From a candidate division FCPU426 bacterium (GTDB lineage: Bacteria; Oederibacteriota; Muellerivitia; Muellerivitales; Muellerivitaceae), in the NCBI GenBank assembly GCA_963830915.1, contig CAWHOE010000058.1, positions 1-52,266 of the forward strand: a DNA stretch of 52,266 nucleotides, in the 5' to 3' direction. The notes under the pieces were generated by a model that saw only the letters and a list, made by a program, of their open reading frames with translations, searched no databases and was not told the origin of the DNA. Position 1 is the first letter of the stretch. The number at the start of each line of letters is the position of its first letter. This document shows positions 41,636-50,344 of this stretch, piece by piece. Made by a program: the position numbers and the translations under genes.

Positions 41636-42652
41636 CTACCGCGAAGGGATCCCGTAAGGTCCCCCAGGGACTCGGGCTTGGTTCAAGATCCTGGAGAATT
41701 CATGGTTAAAACGAAGGGTCCCTTTGATGTTCAAATGAGAGTAATCGGAAAAAAGTTTCCACGAATAAACCGTTTGCCAGGGGCCAAGAATGTGGAATTG
41801 GCTATCCTCTTGGGTGAATCCCTCCAAATATTCCCTATAGGCTTTGATGACGCCGGCGTCCAGATGGGGAACGGAGGAATCGTTGATGGGCATGACATAA
41901 AAATAAACCGGGATATTTTCCTTTTTCAACAGATCCAGCGTTTTTCGAAAGTAATGGTCCACCACCGGGCTCACGGTAAAAGCCTTTAACTTGGTGTCCG
42001 CGTTGAGCTCTTGGGATCCGTCCGCCTGGGGGAAATAATACTGCCCCCGGGTTTGGGCGATGACCTTCAAGGCTTCCTCGTTCTCTTGTTCCCGGGCCCC
42101 GTATGGCTCCGCGAAGAGGGAGGACACGTAATAAGAAGGGAAACCGCGGGAAAGGAGGAAGGAGTATAAACGCTGTTCCAGATGCCAAAGGCTGGTGCCG
42201 GTCAAAAGTTCCTTGTCGTTCAGTTCCAGGATCTGTCCCATCACCTCATCGGCCTCGCGGCCGCTGATCACCCCGAACTTCACCGTGTTTTCCCAATAAA
42301 AATCCGGATGGACAAAATGATAAGCGTTATAGGAAAGAAGGACCGCCAGGGGACGGGCCGGGGCTTTCAAGAGCCGGCGGACCAGGAAATAACTTTCGAT
42401 CGGCGTACAGCCCATCATCGCCCCATTGATCACGTTCGGGCCCAGCTTTTCCGGCTGGATGCCGTCCATAACGGCGGAATCGCCGAAAATGGCCAAACCC
42501 GGCTTGGAATAACCGTCGATCAAACGGTTCTTGCCGGTCAAAAGGGCGTAGTCCCGGCTCAGATAGGATAACCGGTGATCCAATCCCCAGGTCCAGGCGA
42601 AAGCCAATCCCAGTGAGAACACCAAGGTTAAGGTCGTCAAGAAAGCCCGCAT
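41636..42652 (-). CDS. Membrane-anchored SGNH-fold acyltransferase, DltD/DUF1574-like
   Basis: N-terminal TM helix, AIFGDSAV, FSDYSHLNIKG (DxxH); directly downstream of MBOAT 2. Confidence 0.75.
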   Translation of the reverse strand: MRAFLTTLTLVFSLGLAFAWTWGLDHRLSYLSRDYALLTGKNRLIDGYSKPGLAIFGDSAVMDGIQPEKLGPNVINGAMMGCTPIESYFLVRRLLKAPARPLAVLLSYNAYHFVHPDFYWENTVKFGVISGREADEVMGQILELNDKELLTGTSLWHLEQRLYSFLLSRGFPSYYVSSLFAEPYGAREQENEEALKVIAQTRGQYYFPQADGSQELNADTKLKAFTVSPVVDHYFRKTLDLLKKENIPVYFYVMPINDSSVPHLDAGVIKAYREYLEGFTQEDSQFHILGPWQTVYSWKLFSDYSHLNIKGTLRFNHEFSRILNQARVPGGPYGIPSR

Positions 42653-42670
42653 CGTAAAATTCCCTCTTTA

Positions 42671-44267
42671 TTAAAATCTAAAGTATAAAAATTCGCTATT
42701 GCCCGTGACCATCAACAAAGTGACCAATCCCAGGACCGCCAGCAGGAACCCCCACAGGATATTGGGCTGCCATTGGAACGAGAAAAAAGCCGGGGCGGAC
42801 CGGACCTTCGTCAGGGAAGGGCCTTCCTTGTCGAAGATTTGGAGGGCGTTGGGAAGCAGAAGGATGACACCCAAAAGGACCGCCACGGTGATCAAGGCGT
42901 TGGAATAGTTCCAGTAGGGTACGGCCAGGCCGAAATAGTCTAGGATCGATTCCACCGTGCCGGTCGCCCCTCCCGGGCTGTCCCCGGTCCCTTGGCCGAA
43001 CATGGAAAGGATCAACTGCCAGGCTTCCTCGGCGTTTTTGGCCTTGAAGAATGTCAGGGCGATCAAGACAGACAGGTAGGTCAGGGCCCATTTCCAGGCG
43101 CCGTCACACCAGGACCGGAAACGGGAAACTGGGAGCTTGGGCGCTTTGGGCCCGAAAAACCTCCAGGCGTGATTGACACATATATAGAGGCCATGCAAAA
43201 GACCGAAGATGAAGAATTGAACGCCGGCCCCGTGCCAAACCCCGACGATGATCATGGTGAAGAGGGTCGGCATGGCCAGCATGGTCAGGAACCCTTCCAA
43301 GGTGGTTTCCCCGACCTTCAGCAAGGACAAACCTTTGCTCTGGCGCCGGCGAATGACCCAAAGGGACACGGGGTTATAGAGATAGAGGGTGAAATAGCGG
43401 GTCAGGGAAATATGCCACCGCTGCCAGAAGTCGATGATGCTTTTGCTTTTATAAGGCGAATCGAAATTCGCCGGGAATTTCACGTTGAACATCCGGGCCA
43501 ACCCCAAGGCCATCTCCGAATAACCGGCGAAATCGAAATAGAGCTGAAGGGAATAGGCCAGGACGCCGGTCCAGGCTTCCAGCGGGTGTTTATCCGCCGT
43601 ATGCGTGAAAACGTCGTTCGCGATGGGCGCGAGCTGGTCCGCGATCAAGACTTTCTTGGCCAGGCCGATGATGAAGATGGAAATGCCCACGCCGATATTG
43701 TCCCAATGAAGGGAGTAGGTCTCTTCCTTGGCGAACTGGGGCATGATCTCGCGGTGATGCAGGATGGGCCCGGCGATGAGATGGGGGAAAAAGGTGACGA
43801 AAAGCACATATTCCAAAAAGCCCCGCTCCAGGGTGTTGCCTCCCTGGGTATCGATCAAGAAACCGATCTGAGTGAAGGTGAAAAAAGAGATACCAAGGGG
43901 CAGGATGGCGGCTCCCCAGGAATCGTTCGGGAATAAACCCTGCTCGATGGAACCAGTTGAACAGGGTCAGCAGGTACTTGTAATAAACCAGGACCCCCAG
44001 GTTGACCGAGATGCCGAAGGCCAGGATGGAAGCGGCGGTTTTAGGCCTCTCGCGGAAAATTTGGATGCAATAACCGCAACCATAGTTAAAGAGGATAGAA
44101 ACGACCAGGAGGAACAAGTAATTGGGGTTCCACCAGCCATAAAAAAGGAAGGAAAGGACCGCCAACCAGGATTTGGCGGCGTTCATCTTGAAATAACCCA
44201 ACAGGAAATAGACCAACAAAGACACCGGCATAAAGAAAACGAGGAAAGTAATGGAGTTAAAAAGCAT
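42671..44267 (-). CDS. MBOAT O-acyltransferase 2 (AlgI-like) with fused C-terminal FLYFRF motif; one extra base near 43905-43945
   Basis: MLFNSITF, FLFYGWW, then after the shift ILPLGISFFTFTQIGFLID, FFPHLIAGPI, FDFAGYS, NFDSPY, FWQRWHISL, GVWHGA, SEFLYFRF*. Confidence 0.9.
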
Positions 44268-44296
44268 GCCGGGTCCTTAAAGGAAAGGGGATCGGG

Positions 44297-44548
44297 TTAA
44301 TTCTTTTTCGCCAGACGTTTTTCGATCAAGGCCGCGAAATCGCCGACATTCTTCAATTGCTCCAATTCGGAAGCGTTGAACTTGACCCCGAATTCCGCTT
44401 CCGCCCCGACGATGATATTGATGTGATTGAAGGAATCCCAGCCAGGGACATCCTCGGCGGAAGTGGTCGGGGTCAGGACGATCGCGTCGTCCCCCAAAAC
44501 TTGACTGATGATCTTGGTCAAACGTTCGTAGATCTCCGGTCGTTCCAT
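44297..44548 (-). CDS. Acyl carrier protein
   Basis: About 83 aa, acidic; DVPGWDSFNHINII phosphopantetheine Ser motif; EAEFGVKF; between FkbH and MBOAT 2. Confidence 0.9.
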   Translation of the reverse strand: MERPEIYERLTKIISQVLGDDAIVLTPTTSAEDVPGWDSFNHINIIVGAEAEFGVKFNASELEQLKNVGDFAALIEKRLAKKN

Positions 44549-44550
44549 GG

Positions 44551-46443
44551 TCAATTTCCTTTTTTCAGTTTGATGGGATAATCGAGACGCTTTTCCGACC
44601 CGACGCTCAAGACCCAGCGGGTTTCACCCGCGGCGCCCTTGTCCAACGGCGCGAAACCCAGGCCGGCATAATGATCCTTGACCATCCCGTTCTTTTCGGT
44701 CGGGATATAACGGCCCAGGAGTCGTTTCCCTCCCCGGCCCGATATTTCCCGGATCAAAAGGTCCAGCATGGCCTGTTCCACACCCCGGCCCAGGACCCGG
44801 CAGCTCATCAGCCAGGTATCGATGTCCCAGTCCCCCTCGTTCTCCTGGATCGCGATAATGATGCCGATGATGCCGTTATCCCCGAACCGATCGGTCAAAC
44901 GGCAGCGAAGGGTAACGGTCCGCGGGTCCGAGGCGAACCGGCTGGTATCTTCCTCCGAATAGCGGCGAGTGGTCAAATTGAATTGATTGGTTTTATTGAT
45001 CAATTGGGTGACCCGGGGCAGGCTCAGGGGATCGAAGGGCCCCCAGATCAGTTCCATTTCCAGGCTCTTGAGGTATTCGGTAATGTCGCCGGTGGCTTCC
45101 TGCGCCTTGGCCCTTTCCAGGTTCTTCTGGTATTGCCCCGAGCGGGCCAGATCGTCCTGGGTCAGGGCGACGGACTCGAAATAACCGGCCGAGGCGAGAC
45201 AGGCGGGATAGAGCGAGGGATCCTCAGGCAACTCGGGAACCGCCACCTGGGGACATTCGCCGCGGACCTGATCGCGCTCGAAAGGGTTGTCATCGGCGAA
45301 TACCAGGGAATCCAACCCGATGTTCAGCTGTTTGGCGATGGACTTGAGGTTCGAGGCCTTGTCGTTCCAATTGGCGACAAAACAGGCGATATCGGTTCTT
45401 TTCAAGATCATCTCAGGGTGTTTCTCGAAAGGCTCCAGGGCGTTCTTTTCATCGTTCTTGGAACAAACGGCCAGGATGACCCCCCGGTGGGACAGGTCGC
45501 GAAGGTACCGTTGAAAGGCCACGAAAGCTTCGCCCACCCCGCTACCTTGCCCCAAATGGATCCCCTCGATCCCATCGTCCCCGATGACCCCGCCCCAGAG
45601 GGTGTTGTCCAGGTCCAGGACGAGGCATTTGTAAGAACGGCCCTGCTGGGCCGCCAAAAGACGTCCGACCAATTCTCCATACAAGGGCCCGGCCGCCGGG
45701 GACACTTCCTGTTTTGCCTTATGCCATAAGACAGGGTCATGCCATTCTTTCAAACCGTCCCTGGCCGCCCAACCGTTGATATCCAGAAGATCGACTTTTT
45801 GCTCATCGGCTAAAGCCCTGAGACGGTCGTTGAAAACCCGAAGGAGATGGGCCGGCGAATCCGGAAGCCTGTGCTCGTTCTGGCCCATCAGGGGCTGATA
45901 AAGGGGAAGGGGAGTTTGTTGGATCACCCGGCAGCCGAATTTTTCCCGGGCAAGTCGCCAAAGGGTTTGGGTTTGGTCCAGGGCCCTTTCCAACTTGGCC
46001 GAGGCCGTCTCATTGGCGCGTCCCAAAGACTGTGTGCCGAACAGGCTCAAGGCGTCAAAGGCTACCAGCGCGACCGTCGGGTTGAATCGGGACAGACCCG
46101 ACGAGGGGTCGGAAAGTTCTTGCAAGGATTGGCCGTAATCCGTCACGTAGGTCGAGACCCACAAGCCATGACGCAGACCCCCGACCCGGATACCGGGCAA
46201 AAGTTGTTCCACCGTGGAGGAGCTTAAAAGGGCCAGGGAAACGGGCTGGGTCGTGAGGGCGGGGGGCGGGGCGCCGCCGAATTTCTCTTTCAAGACTTTG
46301 TCGACCTGGATGGTTTCCAAGAAATTGAGGTCGTATCGGGCGATCCCGGTCAACAAGGACCAGGCATCCTGAGGCGAGGCGTTCTTGACGGCTTTTAGTT
46401 GTTTGGGAAAATCCGGGTGTTTAGGAAGCCAGGGCATATTCAT
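44551..46443 (-). CDS. fkbH: FkbH-like HAD-IIIC glyceryl-ACP synthase with N-terminal extension
   Basis: KCLVLDLDNTLWGG, CSKN, FADDNPFER, QLINKTNQFNLTTRRY, DRFGDNG, WLMSCRVLGRGVE. Confidence 0.92.
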   Translation of the reverse strand: MNMPWLPKHPDFPKQLKAVKNASPQDAWSLLTGIARYDLNFLETIQVDKVLKEKFGGAPPPALTTQPVSLALLSSSTVEQLLPGIRVGGLRHGLWVSTYVTDYGQSLQELSDPSSGLSRFNPTVALVAFDALSLFGTQSLGRANETASAKLERALDQTQTLWRLAREKFGCRVIQQTPLPLYQPLMGQNEHRLPDSPAHLLRVFNDRLRALADEQKVDLLDINGWAARDGLKEWHDPVLWHKAKQEVSPAAGPLYGELVGRLLAAQQGRSYKCLVLDLDNTLWGGVIGDDGIEGIHLGQGSGVGEAFVAFQRYLRDLSHRGVILAVCSKNDEKNALEPFEKHPEMILKRTDIACFVANWNDKASNLKSIAKQLNIGLDSLVFADDNPFERDQVRGECPQVAVPELPEDPSLYPACLASAGYFESVALTQDDLARSGQYQKNLERAKAQEATGDITEYLKSLEMELIWGPFDPLSLPRVTQLINKTNQFNLTTRRYSEEDTSRFASDPRTVTLRCRLTDRFGDNGIIGIIIAIQENEGDWDIDTWLMSCRVLGRGVEQAMLDLLIREISGRGGKRLLGRYIPTEKNGMVKDHYAGLGFAPLDKGAAGETRWVLSVGSEKRLDYPIKLKKGN

Positions 46444-46566
46444 GTAAGGTCAATTCCATGGGTTAATGAAAGATGAGGCATTATAAAGGTTTTAATAATG
46501 GGTTAAAACTTATTGTCGTCATCCTGGGGAAATAGGGGCGAAAGAGCGGATTTGGGACCTCGGTTC

Positions 46567-47991
46567 TCAATGCCCCGTTTGCATTTCCAGGATCATGGGT
46601 AAAAGAACATGCATCGATTCTTCCCCGGTAACCGGCACTAGGGTCGCGGTCTGGTCGGTCGGCAGGCGGGGCAGTCTTTTAACGGTCACATCCACCCCCG
46701 GCAAAAGCCGTTTCATATCGGCGCAAAGAGCCTCGCCGTCGGCTTTCGCCTTGGCGTATTCAGCCATTCCCTTGGGCCTCTCTTCAGGCCCCACGGCGAC
46801 GGAGGAGGGATAAAAAACAGAGAACCTCTCGGCTCTTTTTCGCAGGGCGGAACAAAGGTCGTAAAAGCCATCCACATAGAATTGACGGAACTCCTGATAA
46901 AGGGAAGGGTTGTATTCGTTATGGGGATGCCCGAAGATCCGGCCTGTGGCGAAATAATAAACATGGGTCGGCGGGAACGATAATTTCTCCAACTGCGCAT
47001 CGGAGGGAAGACGGACGTCATAGGGCAATAAAAGCCCTTCGCCGCCAAAGGCTTTGATCTCGGCCATTAAGGCCAGACCTTCATTGAGACCGACTGCGTA
47101 GGTCACCGCCACCTGGCCGCCGCCTGCGACGATGGCCTTGGCGACATATTCGCCGATCCCCCGAGAGCCGCCCACCACCAACACTTTTTGACCGGTAAAA
47201 ATACCGGGTTCGATCCGGGAAGCGATCTCGGCAAGGCTGGGTTGAAGGACAGGAGGCTTTCGAACGGCGGCGTCCACGACACCCTTTAATCCGCCGCCGG
47301 ATACGGCCAACTTGACCCGTCGAAAACGCTCGTCGGCCGAAAGAACGGAGTATTCAATGTCCTCGGTTGGACCGTCGTTCACCAGCGTCAGGGAAAACCC
47401 GATGAATATGGAATGGAGGCCCGGGCATTCCATACCCACCAAAGTGGATAGGGCCGCCAAACCATTTACCCTATTCGTTCCCAGCCAATGGCTGGCATTG
47501 GGGAATAATGTTCCGGGCAGGCCGAAAATTGGGACCCGCCCTTGGGTGCCCGCCGCCTTTTCGAGCTCATCAAAACTTCTTTCGCGGGGAATGGCGCTGA
47601 TCGGGGGCGCTGTCTGGGAATCACGCTGACCGGCCGTTGTGTTGATCGAAGGGCCTGATGTCAGATCGACTGTCATCACTTTCGACCCCGCCACTTCGGC
47701 GGCCAAGAGAAGCGGGCTTTGCCTCGCGATCGTGAAAATCACCAGGTCGCCCACGTAAACGGGCCTTAGAAAACTGACCGTGATCCCGGATAAACCCGGC
47801 GGATCATCGGCCGTTCGAGCGAACTGATCAAGGCACTCAAGGACCGTATGCATCCCATGGACCACGGGGGCGCCCATTTGGGTTCGCCGCGCCGCCAATG
47901 GATCCATATGCATCGGGTTCCAATCCCCCGAGACTTCGGCGAAGCGCCCTTGATCGTTCATTTGGAATTTCTTTTGAAAAGAAAAAGGCAT
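46567..47991 (-). CDS. MaoC-like hotdog dehydratase fused to a short-chain dehydrogenase/reductase
   Basis: FAEVSGDWNPMHMD and VHGM (hydratase-2 motif), GMECPGLHS, SDR VLVVGGSRGIG and YAKAK (YxxxK). Confidence 0.85.
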   Translation of the reverse strand: MPFSFQKKFQMNDQGRFAEVSGDWNPMHMDPLAARRTQMGAPVVHGMHTVLECLDQFARTADDPPGLSGITVSFLRPVYVGDLVIFTIARQSPLLLAAEVAGSKVMTVDLTSGPSINTTAGQRDSQTAPPISAIPRERSFDELEKAAGTQGRVPIFGLPGTLFPNASHWLGTNRVNGLAALSTLVGMECPGLHSIFIGFSLTLVNDGPTEDIEYSVLSADERFRRVKLAVSGGGLKGVVDAAVRKPPVLQPSLAEIASRIEPGIFTGQKVLVVGGSRGIGEYVAKAIVAGGGQVAVTYAVGLNEGLALMAEIKAFGGEGLLLPYDVRLPSDAQLEKLSFPPTHVYYFATGRIFGHPHNEYNPSLYQEFRQFYVDGFYDLCSALRKRAERFSVFYPSSVAVGPEERPKGMAEYAKAKADGEALCADMKRLLPGVDVTVKRLPRLPTDQTATLVPVTGEESMHVLLPMILEMQTGH

Positions 47992-48085
47992 ATAAACTCT
48001 GTTTCTGTTTCAGTAAAAGGGTCAAAAAAGGCTTAAGTTCAGCGAGGGTTAATGAAAGGTTCGAACCATCCTTTGAAAAAACAGT

Positions 48086-48541
48086 TTATTCTTGATCTTT
48101 AATGGAGATAGCGACTTTGTCGAACTCTTCCCCATCACTGTCCCAAACGCGCAAAGAAAAACTGTCTTGGTTGTTATCGATAGGTCCAGCCCAAACAATG
48201 CCTACCGAATTAGCCTTCAATGTTTCAGTTCCGAATCGAGAATTGTGAATTGGGTCTAAAATGATCATTTTTTTGGAGGTTACATCCTTAATGGCGAATT
48301 TTAATTTTCTGGTCGAGTATCCGTGATTTACAAATTGGATAGCGATCTTATAAGGCTCTTTATTATTCCATCCGAATCTAAAATCCACGTTTTGAAAATG
48401 CAGTTTGTCGTTATCTGGAACAGAATAGGGTACGGAAACAATCCCATAATTTTTTGATAGATCTTTCACTTGTTGGGCGTACAAATCCTTTGTGAAAAGG
48501 ATTACCGTGACAAGTACGGTGCTGAATATTAGCTTGTTCAT
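48086..48541 (-). CDS. Secreted hypothetical protein
   Basis: AAGGAG site, signal peptide MNKLIF...LYA, 151 aa, AT-rich. Confidence 0.7.
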   Translation of the reverse strand: MNKLIFSTVLVTVILFTKDLYAQQVKDLSKNYGIVSVPYSVPDNDKLHFQNVDFRFGWNNKEPYKIAIQFVNHGYSTRKLKFAIKDVTSKKMIILDPIHNSRFGTETLKANSVGIVWAGPIDNNQDSFSLRVWDSDGEEFDKVAISIKDQE

Positions 48542-48886
48542 TATTTCTCCTTCGATTCATGAAGTCCATAACAGCGGGCAAACATCCCATCCTCTTTCAC
48601 GTAATAATTTAAACCCCGCTTAATGAAGGCTCGAGTTTGTTTTCGAAGACATTTTAACCTGCTTTTATTATCCCGCGGGCCATAAAAAGGAAAAGATTTG
48701 ACGCCTTAAATTATATCCGGAATTGTCATTTTAAAACCCGTAATGCTTTAATTAAGTCTTTCGATCGTGTTTTAATCAGTAAAACAAGTACGCATAGAAA
48801 ATTAGTTAAAAATCCGTTAGCATGTGTTTAATTCAATGCGAAACGTTAAGATCGAGGAATCGAAGATTATTTTCAGGAGAAGGGCA

Positions 48887-49408
48887 ATGAGAAAATTAAA
48901 GTTAATCATGTTTTTTTTCTTGATGACAGGATGGGTTTTCGCTCAGGATGCGACCCCAACTCCGTCCCCTATTGTTTCAGATCTTATGACAGGGCCCACG
49001 CCGACCCCCCAGGTCATAAAAAATTGGAGCGTCGCCAGCGTACCCTGGGATGTTTGGTTCGATAAAAACGCGAGGGTGACGGTCAAGCCCGACTACGTGC
49101 ATTTCTTCTGGACCGCCCAGAGCTACCAGGGAAATTTCGAAGGCAAGGGCAAGAAGGTCCGCTTGGCGGAAGCGGCCCTAGAGATGGTAAAACGCCTTTA
49201 TCCCAAGGACGCGACAGCTGATTTGATAAAGGTAGACATCGTGTATGTACTTGAGTTTGATAATTATGGAAGGCCAAATTGGTTCCGTTTAAAGAAAGTT
49301 GCCCACATGGAGTTCTCGAGGGAAAAGGCACTAAAACTAACTGAGAAAAAAGCGGGTTTGTCAGAAGCCTTGATAGATAAAATTTTCACTCAATGCAACT
49401 TGCTTTGA
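48887..49408 (+). CDS. Secreted hypothetical protein, paralog of 35014-35586
   Basis: AGGAG site, signal peptide ending VFA, PT-rich linker, QVIKNWSVASVPWD, YVHFFW, KVDIVYVLE. Confidence 0.75.
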   Translation: MRKLKLIMFFFLMTGWVFAQDATPTPSPIVSDLMTGPTPTPQVIKNWSVASVPWDVWFDKNARVTVKPDYVHFFWTAQSYQGNFEGKGKKVRLAEAALEMVKRLYPKDATADLIKVDIVYVLEFDNYGRPNWFRLKKVAHMEFSREKALKLTEKKAGLSEALIDKIFTQCNLL

Positions 49409-49515
49409 ATCATTATTGAGAAGCTCAAAGTTCCTTGAAATGGGCCTTTTTTCCGCATAAACTACAACCCTTCGAACAGTCTTTTATCCCCTGTATTGTG
49501 TTTTTTGAACAGAGG

Positions 49516-49592
49516 GGACGTTTAGCTCAGTTGGTTAGAGCGTCGCGTTCACATCGCGAAGGTCACTGGTTCAAGTCCAGTAACGTCCACCA
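49516..49592 (+). tRNA. tRNA-Val (anticodon CAC)
   Basis: Acceptor stem GGACGTT/AACGTCC, D-arm GCTC...GAGC, anticodon stem TCGCG/CGCGA with loop TTCACAT, T-loop TTCAAGT, encoded CCA; 77 nt. Confidence 0.97.
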
Positions 49593-49599
49593 TCCCGTG

Positions 49600-49635
49600 A
49601 AAAAAGCCGTTCCTTTGATCAGGAATGGCTTTTTT
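49600..49635. terminator. Probably bidirectional intrinsic terminator between tRNA-Val and rnhB
   Basis: AAAAAAGCCGTTCCT-TTGATC-AGGAATGGCTTTTTT with an A-run on one side and a T-run on the other, between convergent genes. Confidence 0.8.
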
Positions 49636-49699
49636 GTTATCTAAGGCACCCAGGGATCTGTGAAAACACCCAGGGAAGAAACTTTCGGATTACCGTATA

Positions 49700-50344
49700 T
49701 CATACAGCTCCCCGAAAACTTTTGCGATGGATAATCGAAGTCCCGTGTTTTTTGATGGCCAAACGATGGGCTTTGGTTGGATAACCTTTATGTTTGGCAA
49801 ACCCATATTGCGGAAAAATCTTATCATAAACATATAAAATACGGTCGCGATAAACTTTAGCGATGATGGAAGCGCAGGCAATGGATAAAGATTTGCCGTC
49901 CCCTCCTATAATTGTCTGGTACTGATACGGCAATTGGGTCCTGAAAATATTCCCGTCAATTAAAAGCATGACCTGTTGAGAGAAAGTCTCCTGCAAGACG
50001 ATTTCCCGCGGCATACGGCGGATCAATTCTTTAACAGCCATTTCCATGGCCAAATGTGAAGCATTGAGGATATTGACAATATCAATGGTCTTTTCATTCA
50101 TGATGCCGATACCGACATAGGCCTTTTCAAAGATCTCATGAAAGGCCGCTTCACGGGCCTTGGCCGACATTTTCTTTGAATCATTGATAGGGTTTTTAAA
50201 ATCAAATTGCCGCAAACACACCGCCGCTGCCACCACCGGCCCTGCCAAAGGCCCGCGGCCTGCCTCATCCACCCCTAAAATAAAACGCAAGCCTTTATTC
50301 TGGGCTTGCGTTTCATAATGAAGCAAATCTGCTTGTGGCAACAT
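49700..50344 (-). CDS. rnhB: Ribonuclease HII
   Basis: [49 protein letters not shown]. Confidence 0.96.
   Translation of the reverse strand: MLPQADLLHYETQAQNKGLRFILGVDEAGRGPLAGPVVAAAVCLRQFDFKNPINDSKKMSAKAREAAFHEIFEKAYVGIGIMNEKTIDIVNILNASHLAMEMAVKELIRRMPREIVLQETFSQQVMLLIDGNIFRTQLPYQYQTIIGGDGKSLSIACASIIAKVYRDRILYVYDKIFPQYGFAKHKGYPTKAHRLAIKKHGTSIIHRKSFRGAV

Noticed and set aside
42992..45729. Long plus-strand ORFs (42992-43936, 314 aa; 44671-45729, 352 aa)
   Set aside because: Antisense shadows of the well-supported MBOAT2 and FkbH genes, with no recognisable motifs; expected in GC-rich coding DNA
44297..47991. FkbH-ACP-DH/KR as part of a PKS or tetronate antibiotic cluster
   Set aside because: No ketosynthase, FabH-like or NRPS genes in the window; the downstream partners are an MBOAT and an SGNH protein
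49516..49592. tRNA-Val as the attachment site of an integrated island
   Set aside because: No integrase and no duplicated tRNA 3' end noticed; the accessory genes lie 5' of the tRNA and housekeeping genes lie 3'
49435..49644. 69-aa ORF spanning the tRNA
   Set aside because: Overlaps a canonical tRNA cloverleaf and its terminator; spurious
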